The notes under the pieces are model-generated. The model saw nothing but the letters and a program-made list of their open reading frames with translations. It did no database searches and was not told where the DNA came from. Shown here in pieces: positions 50,078-62,393 of a stretch of DNA of 64,000 nucleotides (position 1 is its first letter; every line of letters begins with the position of its first letter). The stretch is from Heteronotia binoei. Taxonomy: Eukaryota. Location of the stretch: positions 41,044,001 through 41,108,000 of the forward strand of contig NC_083225.1 in NCBI RefSeq assembly GCF_032191835.1. Reading direction: 5' to 3'. The translations under genes and the position numbers were made by a program.

Positions 50078-50221
50078 CCCCCGTAAAGGAGCAGCCACCA
50101 CCTCCCACAGCTCTTGGTGCTTTAATAACAGACTGACCTTCTGGGACCACGTAGCATAGTTAGTCCCATTCAGCTTAGTAACACTGAGCCCAGAGAAGGA
50201 AACAACATTTGCAGCTTCCAT
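50078..50221 (-). pseudogene. Truncated Ty1/Copia gag N-terminus: MEAANVVSFSGLSVTKLNGTNYATWSQKVSLLLKHQELWEVVAAPLRG
   Basis: KLNGxNYxxW...LxxxxLWEVV is the Copia gag N-terminal (DUF4219-type) signature; lies ~120 nt downstream of the PBS. Confidence 0.82.
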
Positions 50222-50339
50222 CTCTGCTACTTATCACTGGACACCTGGGCAACTTGGCAGTCTGCCTCCGTCTCTTCCAAAACACTGTGTTGCCTCCTCT
50301 GTCTTCAGAACAGCAGCACCTCTAGAAACACTGGGAGCA

Positions 50340-50888
50340 CTGGGCCCAGAACCAATGTTAGAGTATTTTGCATGCAGCAGAAGAGCTGGAGGAGGGGAAC
50401 AGGCAAAACACAGGAATTAGTAGACAAGAGATACAACTGTATTCAATGGTAGATATATTTACCAGGATAGTATCCAATATTCAGAGTCGTTGCCAGGCCA
50501 AGGTCATACACAGTACTCAGTAAACACTTCAGTAGATAACAGTATACAGCAGTAAGTATACACAGCACGATCCAAGCACAGTAGCCTAGGATCCAACACC
50601 AGCAGTGTTCGCTACCACCCAGACAGTGGGCCTCACAGTACCCACAATCCTTACAGGCAGACTGAGCAGGCTCACTGAGCTTCCCTAAGTACACGTACCA
50701 ATCATGCAAGGTTGCATCAGCTCTGTGAGTCAGCACAAAGCCTAATTACAGGTGAGGTCATCCCACCTTACCTCAGTAACAGGTAACAGCTGGATCATGA
50801 TGCAGCATGACTCAGCATGACATTACAGAAACAACATTACTATTACTAAGATGGAGTCAGTCAGCCATTTTAGGACTGAGTTCCAACA
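50340..50888 (-). mobile_element. Ty1/Copia 5' LTR (50888-50356, 533 bp) plus primer-binding site (50355-50340)
   Basis: Minus strand starts TGTTGGAA, ends CTCTAACA, then TTGGTTCTGGGCCCAG, matching the copia half-tRNAiMet PBS GGTTATGGGCCCAG. Confidence 0.85.
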
Positions 50889-51177
50889 TCGCTGGCCAGC
50901 TGACTGGGGGTGGGAAGGAGCCTGGGAAAGTGAAAGAACCCCTGCTGGGACCTGGGGACTGGCAAGCGTAATCTGGAGATCTCACATTATAATGGGAAAG
51001 GAAATCTCTCAACCATTTACCTCCTCCTCCCCTAGCGATTCCTTGAAAGCCTTCAATTTGAAGACAGTCTGTTTGGTGGGGGGTGGGGGGGAGAATCCAG
51101 CTTGCTTTGTAATCTGAAATGTTTTCCTGTCTGGTCACCTGGAAGAGATTTACTTACCACAGGAATTCAGTGGAGAA

Positions 51178-51375
51178 GTTGTGTTATAGTGAAGTAGTGT
51201 GTTAGATTTCTGACCAGACGTGTGTTTCAGTCTCTGCTTAGCCTTCAGTCTCACTGGGTGGTCTCACTCTCTCAGCCTAACCTACCTCACAGAAGTGTTG
51301 TAAGGATAAAATAGGAAAATCCTGTTTCACTGGGTTGTATTGAGCTCCTTTTGAAGAAGGGCAGGGTGCAAAAGT
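51178..51375 (+). mobile_element. Degraded Squam3-like SINE
   Basis: ctctctcagcctaacctacctcacag...gttgtaaggataaaat. Confidence 0.65.
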
Positions 51376-52438
51376 TGCTGTTGAATGTTGTGGGATGGTG
51401 GTGGTGGTAAGTTTTAGAAACCTTAAGAAAATGACTACCTCAGAGATATACATTTAAAAAAATCCAGAAGTTTGGGGCATTGCTCCAAAAACTCCTCTAA
51501 TCTCCATAGAATTGTTAATTGCAATATTGTCTAGATGTTTTTTTTTAAAGATGCTGTTTCATTGTATTTTCCTTTTCTGTTATACCCAGCACAGTAGAAT
51601 TAAAGGTTTGCTTGATCTTAACATTAAGTTTCTTCTCCTGGTACTTAGAACAGCAAATCTACGACATTATTCTTGTTTCCTGTTAGCCAGCTATTTCCCT
51701 ATCATGAATAAAAACCAAACCAGAGGTGATTATTCTTAAGGTTTTGTGGCTTCAGTCTTGGTTGCTTGGATTACAAAGTGTGATCTCCCACCCCCAATTG
51801 GTGCAGAAGGAAATATCATTGTGGGATGGATGTAATATATAGTTCAGTGTGCAAGCAAGCTGGCCTCTGTTTGATCCTGTGAGAATGTGGGGTTAATGTC
51901 TGGCTGGTGTTTTGGAAGCAGCAGGTTGCCAGGAGTAAACTCCTCTAGGGGTCCAGATTTCTGTAGCCTCATAGTTATTCACACACATGGGGGATACCTT
52001 GTGAACTTTCACTGAGGTCACGGTAAACTGCAAATCATACTTTGAAATTTTTTTAGCCTTGGAGTATTAGAAGTCTTGTTGTTGAGGCTGTAGCACTACA
52101 GTTATGCTTAAGTTGTGTTGGCTTTTGTTTGATTTTAGAGATACTTCAAGATTGTCTTATAATTCCTTACAGCAGTGAGAAAATACATGGCTTAGTGAAG
52201 TTCTAATTTGCATATACATAATGTTCCTTGATACTGCTGTCTGAATACCATGTGCTTCCTCTTCTCTTTGAACTCTACAAAGGCTGACAGGATTGAAGGA
52301 GTCGCTGATTGCAGGAGTTTTGTGTACAGCTTGGACTGAAACTAAGTGCTGGCTGATTTTGGCTCTTGAGGGCAGTCAGTAAACATAACAGAGCAGTGTC
52401 AACTGATCAACTTGCACCTCATTAGAGATTGCATATCA

Positions 52439-52793
52439 CAAAAGTACCCAACCTTTTTGAGCCTGTGAGCACCTTCGGAAACCTGATGCAGGGTGGTGGG
52501 TGCAGCCATAATATGGCTGTCACAAAATGGCTGCTGCATGAGATACACCCAGTCACAAAATGACTGCCATAGCTTACTTCAGGTCACACAGTGAAGGTCC
52601 TTGGCAGCTGCAGCCAAAGCAACATTAAAAAAAAAAAAAGTCTGCACAGCCAAGCAAATCTTCAGTAACTAATCAGAAATCTTGTTGGGCAAAAGCCCCA
52701 CGTGGCCTCCCATTTTCTAAAAACACTTGGTGGCACCAGGAGAGGTCTCAGCAGGCACCACAATGCCCACAGGCACCATATTAGAAAGTCTTG
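52439..52793. mobile_element. Old hAT/Charlie-like MITE
   Basis: Eroded TIRs (..cccaacctttttgagcctg); TSD GCATATCA / GCATAGCA. Confidence 0.65.
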
Positions 52794-54029
52794 GCATAGC
52801 AATTTGGGACAGCAAAATGTTTCATTGAGTTTTTCATTAAAGTTATTGCAAGCTGTAATATTGAGAAATTGCAGGCAGAGGGGATGAATTATTTGGAATC
52901 CTTTACCACATGTCTGTATCTTTCCATGATTCTCTAAACTTTCAAGGACTAAAAAAAGACCTGTTTCCCTCCATCACCCCTTTCATTCCCTTTAAGTGGC
53001 ATGCTGCTATTCTTAACATTTGGTCCCTTCTGGGGATTGTGTGCATGTGTGTGTCTGTGTGTGCTTTAGTCCTCATCAATCCATTTGGGGTGAAGGTGGT
53101 GGTAGCTTATTTTCATTTGTTTAATTTACAAAGCCATATTTCTCAGCGTCCTTGGCAAGTTTGCCAGAGACCCTTGTCTATGGCTTTCATTAGGCCCACA
53201 AGACCCAAAAGTTTACTATTATTGTACTTATTCAGGTGAGTGTGTGTGTAAGTAAATTTGCACTAATTATGTGACAGATTTTTTGGTTTTGTGTCTTTTC
53301 TTCTTCATTGTACAAAATTCTAAGTTTCTTTCATGAAATGTGGATTATGTTTGGTTAAAAAACCACAATTTTCTACAACAGTAATCTCAACATGGTTCAG
53401 TGGGCTCTGTGGCTCCCACCAGTGCATTTTCTGACACTAATTTGCTTTTTCCCAAAACATCTGTTCTCCCAAAGAAAGAGCTGATCTAAGAAGTGGTCTT
53501 TAATCAGTAATATCTAGACTGCCTCTTTATGTTAAGAGGGGTTAACAAAAAGCTAACATCTTTCCACTGGAAAATATAGTCTTTGAATTGTTTCTTTAGT
53601 GTCTGAATGCAAAAATATGTCTATGTTTAGTTTTGAAGTGAAAGAACAGAAAAAGAGTGTCAGTTTTGACCTTTAAAATGTTCCTCTTCTCTGTCCCATG
53701 GAATTTTCCAGTGATATTGTCTCTCTTACAGTAAAACTTTAGCTAGTTAGTATTGTGAAGTTTGATCATTTATGCCTCACTTGAAATTTCTCTTTTTGAT
53801 TATGTTGAACAGGCTTTCAGAATGAATGATTTTATAGTGCTATAAAATATCATTTATTCAGATGTTTCACATCTGGATCTTCCTGTGCTTGAGTGCTTCT
53901 GGTTTTCTCCCTATCCCAAGCACCAGTCAGTCCCTCTAAATGTATCTGCCTAGCATGTCCATTCTATTCTGGGTTTCCTTGTCTCTTCCAGCACCCAATC
54001 GTGTAACATGACTTAAACATTACTTTTAG

Positions 54030-54140
54030 GTGTGGCCCATAATATTGCCTTACTACGAGAAGTGATAATCCATCCACGCTTTGTCCAGGGTGATATCAGT
54101 ACTAAGTTTCTGCCTGACGTGTATCCAGATGGCTTTAAAG
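54030..54140 (+). CDS. PCCA: PCCA exon 17, 111 nt: (G)[36 protein letters not shown](G)
   Basis: ttttag|G acceptor, AAG|gtgagt donor; matches human [37 protein letters not shown]. Confidence 0.98.
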
Positions 54141-54497
54141 GTGAGTCTTCAATGGAAATGTTATTTCTGATTTTATATATATATATATGATTTTAATGCT
54201 GCTGTGCTACTGAAATAGGTTTCTAATTATTTCAACTTTTAATCTCAGCCCAATATTTTATATTTTAAAAATGTATTATAAAATTGAACTAATGATTATT
54301 CTCATTTTCAAGAACAGCTGTAATGCAAGTTGGTTCTTAATTGTCAGACTGAGCAGTTAAACTCTGGAGAGAAATATTTTGGTATTTTGAGAGCAAGAAT
54401 TAGGGCAATGTGTATCCAGCAGTTTTACTTCTAAGTGTTTACATTTACACATCTACTTATTAAGCTTCTGTAACTTCCTCCAAATGTCTGTCTTACT

Positions 54498-55000
54498 AAC
54501 ATGATGTAGTGGTTAGAGTGTCTGACTAGGACAGGGTGGCCAGACTGCGGCTTGGGAGTCACATGTGGCTCTTTCACACATATTGTGTGGCTCTCTAAGT
54601 CCACCCCCACCGGAGAAAGCATTTGTCTCTTTAAATCACTTCTCCAAGACAGCTGGTGGCTTGGAAAATGCATTTAAAGTGAACATTGCTTTCTTTCCAC
54701 CTCTCCCTCACCCATGTATCTTCCTTCCTTCCCTCCCTCAACCATCTGACATTCATGTCTTGTGGCTCTCAAACATCTGATGCTTATTCTATGTGGTTCT
54801 TATATTAAGCCAGCTTGGCCACCCTTGGACTAGGATCTCTTCAGTCCCAGGCTTGACTCCCCATTTCCACACATGGAAGCTTCTGGGTGACCTTGGGCCA
54901 GTCATACAGTCTCAGCCTAACCTACCTCACAAGGCTGTTGTAAGGATAAAGTAGAGGAGGGGAGAACAGTCCAAGCCACTTGGAGAACCTGGATTATAAA
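54498..55000 (+). mobile_element. Squam3-like SINE split by a hAT MITE
   Basis: Head atgtagtggttagagtgtctgactagga resumes after the insertion as ...tcccaggcttgactcccc...gggtgaccttgggccagtca. Confidence 0.85.
54532..54827. mobile_element. hAT MITE (same family as 2177-2419, opposite orientation)
   Basis: TIRs CAGGGTGGCCA / TGGCCACCCTTG; perfect TSD GACTAGGA. Confidence 0.9.
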
Positions 55001-56359
55001 TGAAGGAAACAAATAAACAATAACTCTCATGATATTTGTGCAGCTGTTGGTACAACCCATCACAAGCTACCAAAGACTAGTGGGAAGACCTTCCCCTTTC
55101 ATGGGGGATCCATTCCTAAAACCCAGTGAACTACAAAATCTGCAACTACAGGGAGGCAAGGTTCTGCTGCTTCTAGCAAAGCAACCATTTTTTCATTAAA
55201 TTTAACAATTATGTGATGATTATGATGATGGCGCAGTAAGGGTAAAAACAGGCCAGAGACCTCAGCACTTGATCAGATTCTGTGAATAAGTGAAAATGTG
55301 ATTTATAAATACACAAACAGCAATGGTCTACTGTATATTGTGACTATCACCTCTCCTGTAGAGAGATGTTTCTTCTTCACTTGCACAAAGTCCAGAGATA
55401 CATTGCAGAAGTCTTTTCTCCCTTACAGCATATCTGCAGAACTGAACATTGAGCTACTATTTAGTTGATAGAGGGGTGTTGATAACTGAAATAATGCTCC
55501 TAACTTTTTATTTATACTTTAATTATAATATTTGTGCTTGCTAGTGTACCCAAGGCATAAATTTAGAGAGATTACTTTGAATCTGATTGTGTCAGATTTT
55601 GAAATGAAAATGGCAATTCTTACTGTAGCTTGACAACATTAATTATCTGATTATAAATAAGGCAAAAAAGAGATGCAGAAATAACAAAATAAATCAGTCA
55701 TAGACAACATTAATTAGATATATAGCACTTTTTAGGTTTTTCGAATGTTTATTAGCTTTACATTTCCACAGTATAATGAATTAAACATCTTGCAGTAGAA
55801 TTATAAATTATGCTCATTTTTTAACTTTAACATATTATTCTTGTTTCTTCCTTTAATATTGTTCTGTTTCTATCATATATATACACTATACTGCTCGTTT
55901 ACTCATATGGTATGATTAGATCAGATAATTTACAGCTGAAATTCAGTAAGGTGTTGTGACCAAAATCTATGCTTTGCTGATATACTTGTGGGAACTTGCT
56001 AGATTTTACAAAACAACTAGAAGTAATTAATTTATGAAGTCATTAATCAATTTAATCATACTTTAAAAACAGTAGATCAAATGAAAACACAAGAAAAAAC
56101 CCATTCAACAAAAGGAACAATAATAAAATAATAAAGAACTAACAACTGACTCCTGATTAATAATTTAAAAAAAGATTAATCCCAATAACTATATGAATTT
56201 TTATATAGAGGAAAATGAAGAGATGTAATCAACTTAATAACAAAGGTTTAATATAATTGTTAATATTTAATTGTTAGACTAACAGTTGGACAAAAATGTA
56301 ATAACACTAATAAATGCTCGTAATTTTAGAACATCTTTCGAAAAATTTAAAAGGACTAA

Positions 56360-56407
56360 AAATTTATTTCAAAAAGAGTATAAATTTATTTCAAAAAGAG
56401 TATAAAT
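56360..56407. repeat. 22-bp perfect tandem duplication
   Basis: aaatttatttcaaaaagagtat x2. Confidence 0.92.
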
Positions 56408-57449
56408 CTGAAGGGTCATTTATATAATAATATAAGCCCTGCCTGCAATTATTTTTAGCACCAAATCATATGGAAATAGTGTTGTGGCAACCATTTGATG
56501 AACAGATAAACTTCAGCTATGATTTCCATAATCAGAGCTCTAATGGTCTTGCCATTGTTAATGTGGGAATCATTGTCTACCTGACTGTGGTTCCAGTCCA
56601 CATAGTGTTTTCTTTGTGCAGTTGTGGATCATGTGGAGAAAAGACTGAGTGAATTGGCCCTGAGATCCTTAAATTTATATCAAGAATGTGGATGGGAGGA
56701 GAAAGGAGAATAGGAAAAGCCTCTTTACCCAACAAGCTGTATGCAAATAAAATCCTATTTAAATAAGTGGAACTGTGCTGTCAATTTCTGAAAAACTATT
56801 TTCCTTGGAAAAAATAAAAGTTAACTTTTTTTAAAAAAGATCAGCCATTCCTTTCATGTTCCAAAACAGGATGTCTGAAAATGATAATTGAATAGGACTT
56901 GATTAAGACAAAGTACCCATGTGTTAGAGAAGAATAAGATTTTTAAATTCAGTGATCAATAAAATAAACATTTTTAACAACTTCATTCTAAGAAATATCC
57001 TGACAGATTTCCTATTAACCTCAGCTGGCAACTTTTAATTAAATTTTTACTTGGAGTGGAGTACTTGACACATGTTCAGGCTAATTTTCTAGTGTATATG
57101 TTCCTCACGTGTCAGCTTTCATCAGCACAAAGCAGCTTTTTGAAAAAGGCATTCACTTTTTGTGCTTTGCATACTTTAGTGATGGGCTTTCTGAAGGCAT
57201 TCATGTTCCTATAATACTGTACTTCCTGAACTGAGTAGTAAGATCCCAGTCTCACAGTCTTCTTGAAATGGGTGACAGAAGGTTTTGCCTTAACCACTTT
57301 ACTTTCTAGAATACTCAGCAAAATATCACTAATTGTATTGTTCTTGGCTTGGGAGGAGAACAGATAAACTACTGTAGCCTTTTCTACTAGAGCTGATTGA
57401 CCTCACCACATTACAGAAAGGGTGTATCTTCCAGGAGAAATATGGCCAA

Positions 57450-57660
57450 CTGGCAGCCTATTGGCAGAACTAGGACCTGAGATGACAGGGCCCAAATCCC
57501 CTGCTCATTCATGGAAGCCTGCCAGGTGACCCAGGGCCCCTCATAACCTCTCAGCCTACCTTTCCTCACAAGGTTGCTGTTGTGGGAATTACATGGAGGA
57601 GTGGCGGGAAATGGCACTTGGGGTCACCGATTAGGGAGAAAAATGGGTATATATATAAAA
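57450..57660 (+). mobile_element. Degraded Squam3-like SINE
   Basis: ggaagcctgccaggtgaccc..ctctcagcctac..cctcacaaggttg..ggggtcaccgattagggagaaaaatgggtata. Confidence 0.65.
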
Positions 57661-58417
57661 ATATCCAGGTGATTTTTCTTCCTCTTAGTGACTTCCTCCA
57701 AGGCAAAGCAAAAGACTAGCAATTTGCCAGCACGGTACAGGTTTCAAAGGCTTTTTTGCTTGAGCAGTATCACTTCTGGCATGAGTTTGCATAGGATTGT
57801 GTGCTGTCCATCCTCAAAAACAGCACAGGAGAGGTTTGGATGCTACTTTTGATCTAGCTGTTATCACTCTTCACAGAAAGTAGCAATGAACTTCAGAAAC
57901 TTTTTGTGACCGCATGCAAGCCTCTTTATGTGTCTCCCTTTGCCAGTCCTTTGGATTGGGTCCTGAACAACTGCTTGGACATATGGTCTCCCACTGTGAA
58001 CAAGTTGGCCACCCTTGTTTTAGGAAATGAAGAACTGAAACACATGCTGTTCGAGTGAATTTAGATGCCCACAAGAATTTGCTACCAGAATGAGTCACAG
58101 TATGTCATATGATACTGTAGTTTCATTTCATTTGTTCCATTTTTGGATTATTTTTAGCAAGAATGGACAGCATTAGCTGAAAATATAAAATCACTCCTGA
58201 ATTTCAGATTCTGAAATTCCATTAAGTTGGCTGCACTGCAGAGTGTTCTAGAGTTTGGATTGTGTTAGTGGTGAGATTTTAAATATGAATTTGACTAGAA
58301 GGACTGGAGAGATTAGGCAATGGGAGGTAATAGGAGCAAAATAAATAGTGAATAAATAAGTAAAGTACTTCCTTTGTTGATATTTCAGATACATATAACA
58401 TTTTTTTTTAAATCCAG

Positions 58418-58520
58418 GACACCAGTTGACAGATTCTGAAAAAAGAGAGCTCTTAGTAACAACAGTGTCTTTGTATGTGGCTGAACAACTTAGAGCACAG
58501 AGATTTCAAGGTACCTCAAG
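58418..58520 (+). CDS. PCCA: PCCA exon 18, 103 nt: (G)HQLTDSEKRELLVTTVSLYVAEQLRAQRFQGTS(R)
   Basis: atccag|G acceptor, AAG|gtaagc donor; same length and phase as human exon 18 ([35 protein letters not shown]). Confidence 0.95.
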
Positions 58521-59334
58521 GTAAGCTTGTTAGAAAATTACATGTTTTGAACTCCTTAATTAATGTCATCTTTATATATAAATCTCAGAAGTGGTCTTGA
58601 GCATTGGCAGACTTCTTAATGTAATTTGCATTTGTGTGTAAAAGTAAACTTTTTTAAGCATGACCACTTCCCAAATTCCTTTGAATGGATGAATAACCTG
58701 TGCTCAAAGTGTGCTACACTATAAAGAAGATAAAAGTGAGAATCCATTGGATGCCACTCATCTAGCTCATGCTTATCCAACAAATATGTTGTTTCAAATA
58801 CCAGCCCCTCTCCAATACCATGTGTTACAGTGTACCTGAAATTCAGAATTGTGAACAATTCATGATTTATCAGGGAAAATCTGCTACATCGAAAGAAAAA
58901 AGTTACAAATTTCACTGGAAACCCACATGTCCTGGAGCATGCCTAAAGTAGTTATTTGGATTCTGAAACTAGTGGCAAAATTAAATCTTCAGAATACCAT
59001 AGAGTACATTCATAGTGTAAACTTATTTGTTTAACGGATCATTTAGGTGGAAAAAAATTAACAGGCATATTCTTGGATGTAAGCCATCTAGGAAGGAATA
59101 GTGGTCTCATAGGAACAGAAACAGTGGCTTAAGCTGAACTATGCTGGTGTGTGTCCTTTGAAATTTGGAGATGTAAACCATATTTGACCTTTAAATGTTT
59201 CCTCATTGTCATTGCATTCCTAAACAGAGCTAGACCTTTCTAAGTCCATTGACATCAATTAATTTAAGAGTTTAATGCTGCACAGGACTGCACTATTAGA
59301 ATCCTACTTTGCTCTGCATAATATTTTATGCCAG

Positions 59335-59598
59335 AACCAGTTTGGTGTAGAGGTTAAGTGTGCGGACTCTTATCTGGGTTTGATTCCCCACTTCTCCACT
59401 TACAGCTGTTGGAATGGCCCTGGGTTAGCCATAGCTATCGCAGGAGTTGTCCTTGAAAGGGCAGCTGCTGTGAGAGGCCTCTCAGCCCCACCTACCTCAC
59501 AGGGTGTCTGTTGTGGGGGGAGCAGATATAAGAGATTGTAAGCTGCTCTGAGTCTCTGATTCAGAGAGAAGGGCGGGGTATAAATCTACAGTCTTCTT
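59335..59598 (+). mobile_element. Squam3-like SINE, long subfamily
   Basis: tRNA-like A/B boxes (ggtgtagaggttaag / gggtttgattccc), (ctt) tail. Confidence 0.9.
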
Positions 59599-61700
59599 AA
59601 TTCAGTATAACTTGGATGGTAACTGTTCAGTACTATTTTTCAGGGTTTCTGGACTTCAGAATACTTTTATAGGAGAAAGGAAATTATATTTAGGTTCCTA
59701 ACCTAATAAAGTCCCTACCTTTATAAATTATTTAAAATTTCTTGGTTTCTTTGAAGGATCCGTTTCCCCTAGGTATATACAACTCTATTCTTTTAAACTG
59801 AAATATTTTCAGAACTTTGTTCAGTGCAGTGTGCTTATATAGTGCAGAGGCGTTAAAGAACAATGGCAGCTGTGAACCATTGGAATGTTGAGGCTTAGTT
59901 TCAGCAATCCAAAATTTAAGTTTTGATTTATTTTTTCCTAGGTTAGATCAGTATGACTGTACTATCATATTTGAGTGTATCCAGAGCAGAAGGAATTGTT
60001 CAGGATTTTAAAACTTTTGATCGACTTGATTACTTTATATCTCTGCTTTCCCACCAAAACTGTATACGGAGGGATCCCAGGCAGTCTCCCATGCAGGGAC
60101 TTAGCAGACACAAACATGCTCAGCTTCTGCAAGGGTTTACCATCATGAGCCTTCAGGCCATACCCTGGGGCCCCTTAATTATTGTTTAACAAAACAGGCT
60201 GAAAAAGAAAAGTTTCAATAATGTTTTTTATCATTTAAGGAAAAAGCATTTGCTGTGACAAACATCACCGTGCACTTGTCAGACATGACTATCAACTAGT
60301 ATGCAAGACTCTGAAATACACAACATTTTATGAGGCAAACTCTCTGGGGGATGTTGGAAAATAAAGTACCTCATCACTATTTGGTCCCTATTATGTTCCC
60401 CATGGCACAGAGCAAATGGGCAGAGAGCATGACCTCTCTACATGTAGGAGTGTCAGAGGCAAAAGGGGAGACAAAACCTTTGTTTTACCCTTTGTTCGGT
60501 ACCATGAAGAGGTGATTTAAGTCTCTATTTGGGCTACTTTATCTCCCTGAAGTTGTGTCAGAAATCATGAACTGTGCTTGTCTCTGACCTTCAGCTTGCT
60601 CTTTAAGCTGGGTGTTGCAGCTTCAGTTCTGAGCAAAGCACAGCATTGCCCCACAAAGAGGGAGGATCAAGGCAGTAAAGGAATTTTGTGTGCCAATGGT
60701 ATAAAGTTCTTTATTGTCCAGGCTGGGAGAACCAAGTCATATCCTTATCTAGTGACCAAATACAAGCATTTACAGGATGGTGAATTAGAGCCACTGGCGT
60801 AATTTTTGTTGAACAGGCTGTGTTAGCTTTTGTTGCTGACAGCTGTACTGGATGAAAGCAGAGTAGCAGGACGAAACCTTAGGATCGTCAGGGTTATCAT
60901 TTTAACTTCTGTGTGCAAAAAAGAATAAAAAATCCCCATGTACATCTGAGCTGTTTTTGACATCTGAGTAGTAAAACTGTTAAAGAGTTCTAATGACACT
61001 GCTCTCTGTTCCCTCCTTTTGTAATTCTATTCTATTTTCAGACTATTTTATTGTTCAAAAACAATTGCTACTAATCAGCCCAAATCTTTCTGTGTTCCTT
61101 TAAGTCTCTTAGCTTTTTGCTTGCCTTCAGTCGTCACAACAACTAACTAGTTTTCATGTTACTTATAAGCTATCTTTTATGAAAAGGGTTTCTAATGAAT
61201 ATTTATTTCAGTAAAAAATGAATTACTGATAACTGGCTGTTCAGTTTGTTTTGTTTTATGAAAAGTATCCATAAAGGTAATTTAGATAAATTTGAACAGT
61301 GCCTGTGCCATATCTTATTTCTGTTTCAGAGTGGGAGGAAGTGTCTGAAAGTCTAAACATGCTTAGCATTAGTTGTTTACCTTTGAATATTTCTGAAACC
61401 TACTTACTATGCATTATCCAGTAATTTCTTATTAATAATTAAAGCATAAAACAGCATATCTGCCTTTTCTGCCCTGGCCGTGGCCTGGTGGAACATGCTC
61501 CCACCTGAGCTGTTCCACCAGGCCTTCGGTGGAGGCAGCTGATATACAATTAATTCCAGTCTCCCCTGCACACAGACCTTGTTCACTGTGTTTTGTTCAA
61601 ACTGACCCTGTTAAAACATAGGAACATGTGTATTAGCTCAGTTTGCAGTGCCTTTCTTGCCCAGTGAAAATGATTTTTCAATTAACTGCAGAAGTCCTGA

Positions 61701-61990
61701 GAGCCAATTTGATGTAGTGGTTAAGTGTCTGTTACCTGGGAGAACCGGGTTTGATTCCCCACTTCTCCACTTACAGCTGCTGGAATGGCCTTGGGTTAGC
61801 AATAGCTCTCGCAGGAGTTGTCCTTGAAAGGGTAGCTGCTGTAAGAACCCTCTCAGTCCCTCCCACCTCACAGGGTGTCTGTTGTGTGTGTGTGTGTGGG
61901 GGAAAAGATATTATAGGAGATTGTAAGCCACTCTGAGTCTCTGATTCAGAGAGAAGGGCGGGATATAAATCTGCAGTCATAGTCTTCTTC
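61701..61990 (+). mobile_element. Squam3-like SINE, long subfamily
   Basis: Aligns with 59335-59598. Confidence 0.9.
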
Positions 61991-62304
61991 CTTGGTTGAT
62001 TCCAACCAACTTTTCTACTGGTGAAAGTAGATCAGAGGTATCTCCTTTGACCAACTAAAAAGGTTATGCTGGGGATTACAGGATCTGCATGTTCAAAGGC
62101 TATGTGGAATGTAGTAAGGACAATTTGGTGAGATTAAGTGAAGATGCTGGGTGGATCCAATTCTTCATTTTCCTGTTTAAAAAACTTTAGAAATTTATAT
62201 AGTCCCAAACCCAGATTGTGGTATAAGAAAATGTAACCACAGTACTATCCTATTTAGATATTATTTTCTGCAATTGACTTTTTGGGTAGTTCAGTGTCAT
62301 TGTC

Positions 62305-62393
62305 TTCAACCCATGAACCAAGACCTGCAGTTGTGTCACAGAGTGTAGTTGTTTTCAACCCATGGACCAAGACCCGCAGTTGTGTCACAGAGT
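62305..62393. repeat. 49-bp-period tandem duplication
   Basis: ttcaacccatg(a/g)accaagacc(t/c)gcagttgtgtcacagagt x2. Confidence 0.9.

Larger units (their letters stand above)
49373..50970 (+). mobile_element. TAGGGTTKCCAA-family hAT element interrupted by a Copia insertion
   Basis: Perfect TSD ATCTGGAG; host halves 49373-49961 and 50889-50970 sum to 671 bp, close to the 681-bp intact copy. Confidence 0.9.

Noticed and set aside
55950-56460. A-rich stretch resembling decayed L1 ORF2
   Set aside because: No recognisable endonuclease or RT motif could be read
58511-58520. Tandem donor CAAG|gtacct 10 nt upstream of the exon 18 donor
   Set aside because: Weaker than gtaagc and would frameshift; the 103-nt exon matches human
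58616-58915. 99-aa minus-strand ORF just after exon 18
   Set aside because: No recognisable homology (not GGACT-like) and no supporting splice or promoter signals
60848-60890. CTGGATGA...CGAAAC...GTC hammerhead-like string
   Set aside because: The core has an extra G, and neither stem II nor stem III can pair
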